From an uncultured Flavobacterium sp. (lineage in GTDB: Bacteria > Bacteroidota > Bacteroidia > Flavobacteriales > Flavobacteriaceae), in NCBI GenBank assembly GCA_964398425.1, contig CAYNNB010000002.1, positions 7,511 through 71,510 of the forward strand: a stretch of 64,000 nucleotides of DNA, read 5' to 3'. This document shows, piece by piece, positions 1 through 9,432 of this stretch (positions are counted from its first letter, which is position 1; each line of letters opens with the position of its first letter). The position numbers and the translations under genes are program-made. Under the pieces are notes generated by a model. It was given only the letters and a program-made list of their open reading frames with translations. It ran no database searches and was not told where the DNA came from.

Positions 1-123
1 TTTAGCTTCTGGAATTAAGTTGAAACTTTTTAATTTTACTTCTACTTCTTTATAGCAACGATCTTGATAGCTACAGTAGTATTCCATTTTACTTCGAATT
101 TCTTCAAGGTTATAACTTTTCAA
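1..123 (-). CDS. recX: RecX family regulatory protein, N-terminal part (runs off the window edge)
   Basis: Not in the ORF track. Manual translation from TTG at 123 gives MKSYNLEEIRSKMEYYCSYQDRCYKEVEVKLKSFNLIPEAK; the YCxYQxRC motif is typical of Bacteroidota RecX N-termini. Confidence 0.7.
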   Translation of the reverse strand, partial: MKSYNLEEIRSKMEYYCSYQDRCYKEVEVKLKSFNLIPEAK

Positions 124-193
124 TTTTTATTTTATTTTTGGATCGAAATATTTTACTAAATTATAAATTTCTATTGTTTGTTTATAGATAAAT

Positions 194-222
194 AAAAAGC
201 CTCTTAATTTAAGAGGCTTTTT
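194..222 (-). terminator. Intrinsic terminator downstream of frr
   Basis: AAAAAGCCTCTTA-att-TAAGAGGCTTTTT, a perfect 13-bp inverted repeat with A/T tails. Confidence 0.8.
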
Positions 223-239
223 GTTTTCTTTATTAAGCA

Positions 240-806
240 TTATACTTTCATGATTTCTGCTTCTTTAACAGCTAATAATTCATCAATTTTTTTGATATAA
301 CTATCCGTTAATTTTTGAATATCTTCTTCTGCTTTTTTACAAACATCTTCAGAAGTTCCATTTTTTTCTTCCTTCTTAATATCTGTATTGGCATCTTTTC
401 TTGCATTTCTTATACCTATTTTTGCGTCTTCTGCCTCTGCTTTAGCTTGTTTTACTAGGTCTCGGCGACGTTCTTCTGTTAAAGGTGGAATGTTTATAAT
501 AATATTTTCTCCATTATTCATTGGGTTCAATCCTAGATTTGCAATCATAATTGCTTTTTCAATAGGTTGTAACATGTTTTTTTCCCAAGGTGTAACGGTT
601 AATGTTCTTGCGTCTGCAGCATTAATATTAGCTACTTGAGAAATTGGTGTTTGAGAACCATAATAATCTACAAAAACACCTCCTAACATTTGAGGAGAGG
701 CTTTTCCCGCTCTAATGTTTAAGAATTCTTTTTCTAAGTGTGCAATAGAACCATTCATTGATTCTTTAGCACTATCAATGATAAAGTTAATTTCTTCGGT
801 CATCAT
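240..806 (-). CDS. frr: Ribosome recycling factor
   Basis: Motifs IRAGKASP, VDYYG, IPPLTEERRRDLVK and KEAEIMKV; directly downstream of pyrH. Confidence 0.97.
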   Translation of the reverse strand: MMTEEINFIIDSAKESMNGSIAHLEKEFLNIRAGKASPQMLGGVFVDYYGSQTPISQVANINAADARTLTVTPWEKNMLQPIEKAIMIANLGLNPMNNGENIIINIPPLTEERRRDLVKQAKAEAEDAKIGIRNARKDANTDIKKEEKNGTSEDVCKKAEEDIQKLTDSYIKKIDELLAVKEAEIMKV

Positions 807-833
807 GTTATTTTTTAATCGAATATTTTATAT

Positions 834-1541
834 TTAGATAGTTACTGTTGTTCCAACGGTTTCTCCCTCACAAACTTTTAATAAGTTACCAGATTTATTC
901 ATATCAAATACAATAATTGGTAATTTATTTTCTTGACTTAAGGTGAAAGCTGTTGTATCCATTACATTTAGTCCTTTTGCTAATACATCATCAAAAGAAA
1001 TTTGATCAAATTTAATTGCATTAACGTCTTTTTCTGGATCAGCCGTATAAACGCCATCTACACGTGTTCCTTTTAAAATTACATCTGCATTAACTTCAAT
1101 TCCTCTTAGAACAGCTGCGGTATCTGTTGTAAAATAAGGATTTCCAGTACCTGCTCCAAAAATTACAATTCTTCCTTTTTCTAAATGACGTGTTGCTCTT
1201 CTTTTGATATAGGGCTCAGCAATAGCTTCAATTTTCAATGCAGTTTGTAAACGAGTTTGCATACCTGCATTTTCCAAAGCTCCTTGTAAAGCCATGCCGT
1301 TAATTACGGTTGCTAACATGCCCATATAATCTCCTTGAACACGATCCATACCATTACTTGCTCCGGCTACACCTCTAAAAATATTTCCTCCACCTATAAC
1401 TATAGCAATTTCAACCCCTTTATCATGAATTTGTTTAATTTCTGCTGCATATTCAGCTAAACGCTTTGGGTCAATGCCATATTGTCTTTCCCCCATTAGA
1501 GCTTCTCCGCTCAATTTTAAAAGAATTCTTTTATACTTCAT
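834..1541 (-). CDS. pyrH: UMP kinase
   Basis: [40 protein letters not shown]. Start placed at the ATG at 1541 (the track extends to 1568). Confidence 0.97.
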   Translation of the reverse strand: MKYKRILLKLSGEALMGERQYGIDPKRLAEYAAEIKQIHDKGVEIAIVIGGGNIFRGVAGASNGMDRVQGDYMGMLATVINGMALQGALENAGMQTRLQTALKIEAIAEPYIKRRATRHLEKGRIVIFGAGTGNPYFTTDTAAVLRGIEVNADVILKGTRVDGVYTADPEKDVNAIKFDQISFDDVLAKGLNVMDTTAFTLSQENKLPIIVFDMNKSGNLLKVCEGETVGTTVTI

Positions 1542-1602
1542 AATAAATTTAGGTTTGTTTTTGAGCACATTATATGCTATGGTTGTGTTGAATTTTATGT
1601 TG

Positions 1603-1610
1603 CAAATATA
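1603..1610 (-). promoter_or_regulatory. Bacteroidota -7 promoter element for pyrH-frr
   Basis: Minus strand TATATTTG followed by CA, matching TAnnTTTG. Confidence 0.6.
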
Positions 1611-1645
1611 AATATATTCTATTTCAAAAAAAATGTAGTTTCATT

Positions 1646-2428
1646 TTATCCTTTCTGAGATGTATAAGATTTTTTTGCTTCCTCATAGCCTAAATGAAAA
1701 ATAAGATCCATTTTGTTTTTATTTGTTTCAAAAGTACTAAAATTGGCTAATTCCTTAGGTTCAATAATCCAATTACATAAATTAAATTTTTGATAGTTAC
1801 CATGAGCATATAATAAATCGAATGCTCTTGAAGTTACTGATTTTATTGTTTTTAAATCTTCTTTTACTATGTTCTGAATTGGACTAACATAAATGCCAAT
1901 TATGGTATCGCATTTTCCTTGTAAGATATCTGTAGGGAAATGATTCAGAATGCCACCATCACTGTATAATTTGCCATTAATTTCATAAGGAGACAAGACG
2001 CCAGGAAAAGAAGAAGAGGCTAAAACAGCATCAATTAATAAGGTTTCCGGTGGAAAAATTTTTAATTTACCTTTGACTAAATCAGTAGCAGTTATATGTA
2101 AACTAATAGGTAAATCACCAATTTTAGTAGTTCCAAAAATAGCTTTGAAATAAGTTTTAAAGGAGTCAGAGTCGATAATTCCTGGTTTTTTTAAAGTGAA
2201 ATGTTTCCAATGAAAAAAATAAATAGATTTAAAAAACTCAAGTATTTCTTCAGGCTTTTTACCAAAACAGTATAAAGCAGCTACAATGGCACCTGCACTT
2301 GTACCTGCCATTTCGCTTGGAATGATATTTTGTTCAGATAAAAATTGTAAAGCTCCAGCATGCGCAATCCCCTTGGAACCTCCTCCAGAAAGTACAATAC
2401 CAAGTGATTTAGAGGGTAAATTTATCAT
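1646..2428 (-). CDS. Patatin-like phospholipase
   Basis: GGGSKG oxyanion motif, GTSAG nucleophile elbow and DGG catalytic Asp motif. Confidence 0.9.
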   Translation of the reverse strand: MINLPSKSLGIVLSGGGSKGIAHAGALQFLSEQNIIPSEMAGTSAGAIVAALYCFGKKPEEILEFFKSIYFFHWKHFTLKKPGIIDSDSFKTYFKAIFGTTKIGDLPISLHITATDLVKGKLKIFPPETLLIDAVLASSSFPGVLSPYEINGKLYSDGGILNHFPTDILQGKCDTIIGIYVSPIQNIVKEDLKTIKSVTSRAFDLLYAHGNYQKFNLCNWIIEPKELANFSTFETNKNKMDLIFHLGYEEAKKSYTSQKG

Positions 2429-2516
2429 GCGTAACAAATATTACAATTAATTATCAAAGTTAAATGTAAATTTGATACCAAATTCAAAAAATCATCTTTT
2501 TTGTAAATAAATTGTT

Positions 2517-3125
2517 ATGAGAGAAATTATTGAACAAAGTTTAAAAGACAGTTTGTCTTATGTTGCTTACAGGAAACTAATTTCTGATTTACTGTCAGAA
2601 GGTAAATCTACTGGTATGCTACAAAATGAAGACATGAGGCATTACTCAGAATTAAATGAAGCTAGAATGCATCGATTAGATAAAACCATTGAAGTTTTGC
2701 CAGAAATAGCCATGGCATTGAATAAATTATCAAAAAAGTATATTTGGTTAGTATTGTCTGAAGGATGGTGTGGCGATGCTGCTAATATAGTTCCGGTATT
2801 AAATAAAATGGCAGAGATAAGTGCACACATTGAATTAAAAATTGTTTTGCGAGATGATCATGATGCATTGATGCAACATTTTTTAACAAATGGAGGTAAA
2901 GCTATTCCTAAATTAATTGTTTTGGATGCCGAAACACATGAGGTTTTGGGTGACTGGGGACCTAGGCCTGAAGAAGCCAAACAATTAATTTTAGACTATA
3001 AAGCTTCTCACGGCGTGGTGGATGAACCAGCCAAAATTGCTCTTCAGAAATGGTATGTGCAAAATAAAGGAGTAGCTATTCAAAATGAAGTTATGAATTT
3101 ACACGAATATAAAGCTATTTTATAA
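2517..3125 (+). CDS. Thioredoxin-family protein (monothiol WCGD type)
   Basis: SEGWCGDAA, NGGKAIPKLI and WGPRP motifs. Confidence 0.8.
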   Translation: MREIIEQSLKDSLSYVAYRKLISDLLSEGKSTGMLQNEDMRHYSELNEARMHRLDKTIEVLPEIAMALNKLSKKYIWLVLSEGWCGDAANIVPVLNKMAEISAHIELKIVLRDDHDALMQHFLTNGGKAIPKLIVLDAETHEVLGDWGPRPEEAKQLILDYKASHGVVDEPAKIALQKWYVQNKGVAIQNEVMNLHEYKAIL

Positions 3126-3747
3126 TCCCAATTATTTTTAATTTATTTGAAGTGGAAATTCCTCCAGGATTGCATCCCAACTTCCCTTCAGGGATTTCCA
3201 TTTTTAAATTGGAGTAATAATCAACCCAAACTTGAAAAAAGGCTTTGGTTTTAGGAGATTTAAACGTCATTGGTAATAATTCAAAAAAAGGTTTTCCATA
3301 AGCGTTTAAGAAAGCATCATACAAAAGCTCCGAACAATAATATTTCCCATTGTCATACAAGTAAGCATCATCATATGGAATTCCAATTTGTGTCAAAGAA
3401 AAAGAAATTGCTTTTGGAATATATCTTCTATATTTTCTTTTTAGTCGACCAATATACATGGGTGCTTTAGTATATGTTTGAAAAGTTTGTAGAGGAGTTA
3501 GCCGAACAGCATTACCAGACGCTTCAATCACAAAGGTACTGTCGTTTTTAATATATACCAAACCTATATGGCTAAAATCTTTTCCTTGGTAACCTTCAGT
3601 AACTTCATTGATGGCTTCACATAATGGACCACAATCCATAGATTGAAAAATTAAATCTCCTGTTTTAAGTGATATATTTTGAGCTTGAGTTAAAGAGCTT
3701 GTAAGAACAACAAAAACAAGGTACTTAAGCTTCCAATTGTTTTTCAA
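3115..3747 (-). CDS. YiiX/YebB-like permuted NlpC/P60 (papain-like) amidase, secreted
   Basis: GDLIFQ, FSHIGLV (His) preceding YYCSELL (Cys), which is the permuted order. A TTG start at 3747 gives the signal peptide MKNNWKLKYLVFVVLTSSLTQAQ. Confidence 0.75.
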   Translation of the reverse strand: MKNNWKLKYLVFVVLTSSLTQAQNISLKTGDLIFQSMDCGPLCEAINEVTEGYQGKDFSHIGLVYIKNDSTFVIEASGNAVRLTPLQTFQTYTKAPMYIGRLKRKYRRYIPKAISFSLTQIGIPYDDAYLYDNGKYYCSELLYDAFLNAYGKPFFELLPMTFKSPKTKAFFQVWVDYYSNLKMEIPEGKLGCNPGGISTSNKLKIIGIIK

Positions 3748-4417
3748 ATTCTTCAGGAGTAACTCCGTTATCCACATCATATTTTCCAATTTTTGTTCGT
3801 CTTAATGCTGTTAGATGTCCACCTGATTGCAACGCTTTACCAAAATCATAAGCCAGAGAACGGATATAAGTTCCTTTGCTACAAACCACTCTAAAGTTTA
3901 TTTCCGGTAGTGTAATTTTCGTAATTTCAAATTCATGAATACTTACTTTTCTTGCACTAATTTCTACTGTTTCTCCAGCTCGGGCATGTTCATATAGTCG
4001 TTTTCCGTCTTTTTTTATTGCTGAGAAAACAGGGGGGAATTGTTCAATTTCACCTAAAAATTGTTTTGCAGTTTCTAAAATTAATTGGTCTGTAATGTGT
4101 GCTGTTGAGAAGGTAGCGTCGATTGCAGTTTCTAAATCATAGGAAGGGGTGGTAGCCCCTATAGTTATGGTACCAGTATATTCCTTTTCCATACCCATTA
4201 ATTCAGTAATTTTTTTAGTGAATTTACCCGTACAAACGATTAGTAAACCTGTAGCTAGTGGATCTAATGTGCCTGCATGACCAATTTTAAATTTTTTGGG
4301 TAAGTTGAACTTTCTTTTTAAACTGTATTTGAGTTTGTTTACGGCTTGAAATGAAGACCATGTTAAAGGTTTGTCAATCAACAAGATTTTTCCGTTTAAA
4401 ACATCTTCTGCCTTCAT
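3725..4417 (-). CDS. truB: tRNA pseudouridine(55) synthase
   Basis: KIGHAGTLDPLATGLL and VVCSKGTYIRSLAYDFG motifs. Confidence 0.97.
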   Translation of the reverse strand: MKAEDVLNGKILLIDKPLTWSSFQAVNKLKYSLKRKFNLPKKFKIGHAGTLDPLATGLLIVCTGKFTKKITELMGMEKEYTGTITIGATTPSYDLETAIDATFSTAHITDQLILETAKQFLGEIEQFPPVFSAIKKDGKRLYEHARAGETVEISARKVSIHEFEITKITLPEINFRVVCSKGTYIRSLAYDFGKALQSGGHLTALRRTKIGKYDVDNGVTPEEFEKQLEA

Positions 4418-5202
4418 TAGATAATGGTTAATTTTTGAACAAAGAAATGTATTAGTAATATAGCAATCCCAGCTATAATTCTGTAATAACCAAAGATTCT
4501 GAATCCGTTTTTTTGCAAGAAACCAATAAACGATTTTATAGCGATTAGGGCAACAATAAAACCGACAACATTTCCAATGATTAATAAGTTGATTTGGTCT
4601 TGAGAAAGTTCAAATCCAGCTTTATAATAATCATATGATTTTTTTACAGTAGCTCCTAGCATGGTAGGAATAGCAAGAAAAAAAGAAAATTCTGCTGCGG
4701 TTGTTCGAGATAATTTTTGTGTCATTCCACCAACGATACTTGCACCACTTCGAGAAACACCAGGAATCATGGCTAAACATTGAAATAAACCAATTTTAAA
4801 AGCTGTTAAATAAGAAATTTTAGTTTCTTCGGAATGGCTAAACCACTCGTCTACTTTTAATAGTAGAACCCCTCCAATGATTAAAGATATGGCCACGGTT
4901 ATCGGATTTTCCAATAAACTGTCAATAGCATCACTAAACAACAAACCAAAAATGACAGCTGGTATAAAACCAACAAACAATTTTAGATAAAAGTCAATAC
5001 TTTGAAAAAAGCGTTTAAAATACAATACCACTACAGATAAAATAGTGCCTAATTGAATGACTATGGTAAAAAGTTTAGTGAAATCATCTTGAGCAATTCC
5101 AAAAAAGGAAGAGGCAATAATCATATGTCCAGTTGATGAAACTGGTAAAAATTCCGTGATTCCTTCAATTATCGCTAGGATAATAGCTTCTAATGCATTC
5201 AT
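4417..5202 (-). CDS. uppP: Undecaprenyl-diphosphate phosphatase (BacA family)
   Basis: [21 protein letters not shown] and [11 protein letters not shown] motifs. Confidence 0.95.
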   Translation of the reverse strand: MNALEAIILAIIEGITEFLPVSSTGHMIIASSFFGIAQDDFTKLFTIVIQLGTILSVVVLYFKRFFQSIDFYLKLFVGFIPAVIFGLLFSDAIDSLLENPITVAISLIIGGVLLLKVDEWFSHSEETKISYLTAFKIGLFQCLAMIPGVSRSGASIVGGMTQKLSRTTAAEFSFFLAIPTMLGATVKKSYDYYKAGFELSQDQINLLIIGNVVGFIVALIAIKSFIGFLQKNGFRIFGYYRIIAGIAILLIHFFVQKLTII

Positions 5203-5208
5203 AAAAGA

Positions 5209-5445
5209 TTACTTCTTCGGATTTTTTAAAATAGAATATATTGTTATTCCAAAACCAATTAAAACTAAAGTAGGAGCCAAACGAATACGTCTGAAACTGA
5301 ATACAGCGTCATTAAATTCATTAGGATTTTCATTAGCTCCACCACTCATTAAAATAAATCCTAGGGTAATTACAGCTAATCCAATCAATAGTATTTTATA
5401 ATTGATTTTTTCAAAAAGAAATTCTGGTTTGTTTTTGTTTTCCAT
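5209..5445 (-). CDS. Small membrane protein, DUF3098-like
   Basis: 78 aa with two hydrophobic segments and FSFRRIRLAP; located between ftsX and uppP. Confidence 0.7.
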   Translation of the reverse strand: MENKNKPEFLFEKINYKILLIGLAVITLGFILMSGGANENPNEFNDAVFSFRRIRLAPTLVLIGFGITIYSILKNPKK

Positions 5446-5480
5446 TTTGTATATTTTTTTAATCTTCGGAGATCCGAATG

Positions 5481-6356
5481 TTAATAAAGATCATCAGTTC
5501 TTAAATTTAAGAATCGAGTAGTCGCAAAATAAGTGCTAATCCAAGTGATAATCGTTCCTATAATCAATACTCCTGCTGCTACCATAACAAAAGAAATAAT
5601 ATCTTTTGCAATTCCTAATGTTGGGAATAATCCATCAACGTATAACCAAACAAAAACCAATCCAATAATAGCCAATAAGGAACCAATTAGCCCTAAAATG
5701 ATGCTTCTAATAATGAATGGTTTTCTAATAAAAGACTTTGTAGCACCTACCATCTGCATGGTTTTAATTGTAAATCTTTGAGAGTAAATTGAAATACGAA
5801 TAGAACTATTAATTAATAACATGGCAATAACAGCCAAAATCCCACTTATAATCAAAATCCAAAAACTAATTTTAGCAACATTTTCATTTACTAAATCTAC
5901 CAATTCTTTTGGGTAAATGACATCTGATACTAGCGGGTTTCGTTTGATTTCCATTTCAATTTTACGAATTTCAGCACTCGTAACATAGTCGGCTTTTAAA
6001 TGGATATCAAATGAATTTTGTAACGGATTGAATCCTAAAAACTCTTTAAAATCTTTGCCAACAATGTCTTCATTGTTTTTTGCTGCTTGCTCTTTGTCAA
6101 CAAATTTATAACTACGAACATACTTTGCATTTTTTAACTCGGTGTCAAATGCTTTTAAAAGCGTATCATTGGCTTCATCTTTAAAATAAACGTTCATCGG
6201 AATATTTTCCTTGAAATCATTTGAAATTTTTTCAGAATTGATCACAAAAAGTCCTAAAGCACCCAACAAGAATAACACTAAAAAAATACTAAAAACAACC
6301 GAAAAGTATGAGGAAATCAATCTTCTGCGTTGATATTGTTCAAATGATACTGCCAT
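5481..6356 (-). CDS. ftsX: Cell division permease FtsX
   Basis: N-terminal TM helix, periplasmic domain (NPLQNSFDI) and three C-terminal TMs with TMQMVGATKSFIRKPF. Confidence 0.9.
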   Translation of the reverse strand: MAVSFEQYQRRRLISSYFSVVFSIFLVLFLLGALGLFVINSEKISNDFKENIPMNVYFKDEANDTLLKAFDTELKNAKYVRSYKFVDKEQAAKNNEDIVGKDFKEFLGFNPLQNSFDIHLKADYVTSAEIRKIEMEIKRNPLVSDVIYPKELVDLVNENVAKISFWILIISGILAVIAMLLINSSIRISIYSQRFTIKTMQMVGATKSFIRKPFIIRSIILGLIGSLLAIIGLVFVWLYVDGLFPTLGIAKDIISFVMVAAGVLIIGTIITWISTYFATTRFLNLRTDDLY

Positions 6357-6444
6357 ATATATAGAATTATGCTGTAAAAATACTAAAGAATTTTTGTTTA
6401 CATAGAATATAACTACAAAGTTTTAAGTTTAGTGTAATAAAATG

Positions 6445-6452
6445 TATTTTTG
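6445..6452 (+). promoter_or_regulatory. -7 promoter element for leuS
   Basis: TATTTTTG followed by CA, about 95 bp before the leuS ATG. Confidence 0.6.
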
Positions 6453-6463
6453 CAGGGAAAAAT

Positions 6464-6546
6464 AGTAATTAGTCGTAGTTACAGTTATCAGTTGTTCAAA
6501 TTGGTACAAAAAAACAGAGACTGAAAACGGAGATTGAAAACTGAAA
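6464..6546. repeat. Degenerate 6-7-mer repeat arrays in inverted arrangement in the leuS leader
   Basis: Left array AGT(T) at 6464, 6471, 6477, 6483 and 6490; right array ACAGAG-ACTGAAA-ACGGAG-ATTGAAA-ACTGAAA at 6514-6546. CAGTT and AACTG are complementary. Confidence 0.55.
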
Positions 6547-6547
6547 T

Positions 6548-9409
6548 ATGAAATACTTCCACAACGAAATCGAAGCCAAATGGCAACAATATTGGGCCGA
6601 AAACGGTACTTTTAAAGCATCCAATACGAGTGATAAACCTAAATATTATGTGTTAGATATGTTTCCTTATCCGTCTGGGGCAGGGTTACATGTGGGGCAT
6701 CCATTAGGCTATATTGCTTCAGATATTGTAGCGCGTTTTAAAAGACACCAAGGGTATAATGTGTTACATCCGCAAGGATACGATTCATTTGGATTACCTG
6801 CCGAACAATACGCAATTCAAACAGGACAACATCCTGAAAAAACAACTCGTGAGAATATTGCGCGTTACCGCGAACAATTAGATAAAATCGGATTTTCGTT
6901 TGATTGGAGTAGAGAAGTACGTACTTCAAATCCTGATTATTACAAACATACTCAATGGATTTTTATTCAATTGTTTAACTCTTGGTACAATAATGCATCG
7001 GATAAAGCCGAAGATATTTCTACTTTGGTTTCAATTTTTGAAAAAGAAGGAAATGCGAATGTTAATGCGGTTTGCGATGAGCATATCATTTCTTTTACAG
7101 CAGCAGAATGGAATGCGTTTTCATCAGAAGAACAACAAAAAATTTTATTACAATATAGATTAACCTATTTAGCGGAAACGGAAGTAAACTGGTGTCCGGC
7201 TTTAGGAACGGTTTTAGCCAATGATGAAATCGTAAACGGGGTTTCGGAACGTGGTGGTCATCCTGTAATTCGTAAAAAAATGACCCAGTGGTCCATGCGA
7301 ATTTCAGCTTATGCAGAACGTTTGTTACAAGGTTTAGATACGATTGATTGGACGGAGTCGTTGAAAGAATCACAACGCAATTGGATTGGAAAATCAGTCG
7401 GTGCTGCTGTTTCATTCCAACTTTTACCAACAACCAACAACCAACAACCAACAACTATTGATGTATTCACAACCCGTCCTGATACTATTTTCGGCGTGAC
7501 ATTTATGACGTTAGCTCCGGAACATGAATTGGTAGCAAAAATCACCACTCCAGAACAAAAAGCTGCGGTTGATGCTTATATTGAAGCAACGGCAAAACGT
7601 TCGGAACGTGAAAGAATGGCTGATGTGAAAACCATTTCTGGTGTTTTCACCGGTGCTTATGCAGAACATCCATTTACCAAAGAACCGATTCCGGTTTGGA
7701 TTGGCGATTATGTATTAGCGGGTTACGGAACAGGTGCAGTGATGGCGGTTCCATGTGGGGATGAGCGTGATTATGCGTTTGCCAATTTCTTCAAAGGAAC
7801 TCACGGTATGCCTGAAATTAAAAATATTTTCAACCAAGATATTTCTGAAGCTGCGTATGGTGAAAAAGGTGGTTTCGAATTAGTAAATTCCGATTTCTTA
7901 AACGGATTGGATTACAAATCGGGAACTAAAAAAGTTATTGAAGAATTAGAAAAAATAGGCGCTGGAAAAGCAAAAGTAAATTACCGTTTACGCGATGCAG
8001 TCTTCTCTCGCCAACGCTATTGGGGTGAACCATTCCCAGTATATTACGTGAATGGCTTACCACAAATGATTGATCCAAAACATTTGCCAATTGTTTTACC
8101 AGAAGTGGAGAAATATTTACCAACCGAAGACGGGCAACCACCATTAGGTAATGCTACGGATTGGGCTTGGGATACTGTAAATAATAAAGTAGTATCCAAC
8201 ACACTTTGTCATGCTGAACTTGATTCAGCATCTCACAATGGCGTTTATCCTCTTGAATTGAACACCATGCCAGGTTGGGCAGGTTCTTCTTGGTATTGGA
8301 TGCGTTACATGGATGCGTCTAACGAAAACGAATTTGCTAGTGCAGAGGCTTTGAAATACTGGGAAAATGTAGATTTATACATAGGAGGAAGTGAGCACGC
8401 AACAGGGCATTTATTGTATTCTCGTTTTTGGAATAAATTCTTAAAAGATAGAGGTTTCGCTCCAACGGAAGAGCCTTTCAAGAAATTGATCAATCAAGGG
8501 ATGATTTTGGGAATGAGTGCAATTGTTTACAGAATTTCTGGAACAAATAAATATGTATCTAAAAATCTAAAATCTGAATATCAAACAGAAGAAATTCGTG
8601 TAGATGTAAATATCGTTAATGCTTCTGATGAAATTGATTTAGAGAAATTAAGAAATTGGATTCCTGAATTCAAAGATGCTGAATTTATTACTGAAAATGG
8701 CAAATATATAGTTGGTCGTGAAGTTGAAAAAATGTCGAAACGTTGGTACAACGTAGTCAACCCAGATGATATATGTAACGAATACGGAGCAGATACCTTA
8801 CGTTTATACGAAATGTTCTTAGGTCCGTTAGAACAAGCGAAACCTTGGAACACCGCTGGTATTACTGGAGTTTATGGTTTCTTGAAAAAATTATGGCGTT
8901 TGTATTTTGATGATAATGGATTAATTGTAACAGATGCTGAACCAACAGCGGAGATGTACAAATCATTACATAAAACCATTAAAAAAGTAACGGAAGATAT
9001 TGAGAATTTCTCGTTTAATACGTCGGTTTCGCAGTTTATGATTTGCGTCAATGAGTTGTCGCAACAAAAATGCCATCATAGAGCCATCTTAGAACCTTTA
9101 GCAGTTTTAGTTTCGCCTTATGCGCCACATATTGCAGAAGAATTGTGGAGCGCTTTGGGTCATGAAGGTTCTATTGCCACAGTTGCTTTCCCTAAATTTG
9201 AAGAAAAATATTTAGTAGAAAGTGAAAAAGAATATCCGGTTTCATTCAACGGAAAAATGCGTTTCACCATTAAGTTGCCTTTAGATTTAACCGCAGCACA
9301 AATTGAAGAAATCGTAATGGCTGATGAAAGAACGCAAAACCAATTACAAGGAAGAACACCAAACAAAGTAATTATCGTACCTGGAAAGATTATTAATTTG
9401 GTCGGATAG
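6548..9409 (+). CDS. leuS: Leucine--tRNA ligase
   Basis: MFPYPSGAGLHVGH (HIGH), TTRPDT editing motif, LYIGGSEHA and KMSKR (KMSKS-like). Confidence 0.98.
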   Translation: MKYFHNEIEAKWQQYWAENGTFKASNTSDKPKYYVLDMFPYPSGAGLHVGHPLGYIASDIVARFKRHQGYNVLHPQGYDSFGLPAEQYAIQTGQHPEKTTRENIARYREQLDKIGFSFDWSREVRTSNPDYYKHTQWIFIQLFNSWYNNASDKAEDISTLVSIFEKEGNANVNAVCDEHIISFTAAEWNAFSSEEQQKILLQYRLTYLAETEVNWCPALGTVLANDEIVNGVSERGGHPVIRKKMTQWSMRISAYAERLLQGLDTIDWTESLKESQRNWIGKSVGAAVSFQLLPTTNNQQPTTIDVFTTRPDTIFGVTFMTLAPEHELVAKITTPEQKAAVDAYIEATAKRSERERMADVKTISGVFTGAYAEHPFTKEPIPVWIGDYVLAGYGTGAVMAVPCGDERDYAFANFFKGTHGMPEIKNIFNQDISEAAYGEKGGFELVNSDFLNGLDYKSGTKKVIEELEKIGAGKAKVNYRLRDAVFSRQRYWGEPFPVYYVNGLPQMIDPKHLPIVLPEVEKYLPTEDGQPPLGNATDWAWDTVNNKVVSNTLCHAELDSASHNGVYPLELNTMPGWAGSSWYWMRYMDASNENEFASAEALKYWENVDLYIGGSEHATGHLLYSRFWNKFLKDRGFAPTEEPFKKLINQGMILGMSAIVYRISGTNKYVSKNLKSEYQTEEIRVDVNIVNASDEIDLEKLRNWIPEFKDAEFITENGKYIVGREVEKMSKRWYNVVNPDDICNEYGADTLRLYEMFLGPLEQAKPWNTAGITGVYGFLKKLWRLYFDDNGLIVTDAEPTAEMYKSLHKTIKKVTEDIENFSFNTSVSQFMICVNELSQQKCHHRAILEPLAVLVSPYAPHIAEELWSALGHEGSIATVAFPKFEEKYLVESEKEYPVSFNGKMRFTIKLPLDLTAAQIEEIVMADERTQNQLQGRTPNKVIIVPGKIINLVG
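7426..7453 (+). repeat. Four perfect tandem copies of ACCAACA inside leuS
   Basis: ACCAACA at 7426, 7433, 7440 and 7447; translated as PTTNNQQPTT just before TTRPDT. Confidence 0.95.
8207..8233 (+). repeat. REP-like palindrome in frame inside leuS
   Basis: TGTC-ATGCTGAA-CTTGA-TTCAGCAT-CT: an 8-bp perfect stem with a TGTC tag, encoding CHAELDSAS. Confidence 0.75.
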
Positions 9410-9432
9410 TTATTTGTCTATTTTGAAAAATT

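Noticed and set aside
5465-5478. Small perfect hairpin TTCGGA-GA-TCCGAA between ftsX and the DUF3098-like gene
   Set aside because: Short, with no U-tail and no second copy seen; at most an mRNA-stability element.
7095-7548. Antisense ORFs containing VVGCWLLV
   Set aside because: These are the reverse-complement reading of the ACCAACA array inside leuS, not independent genes.
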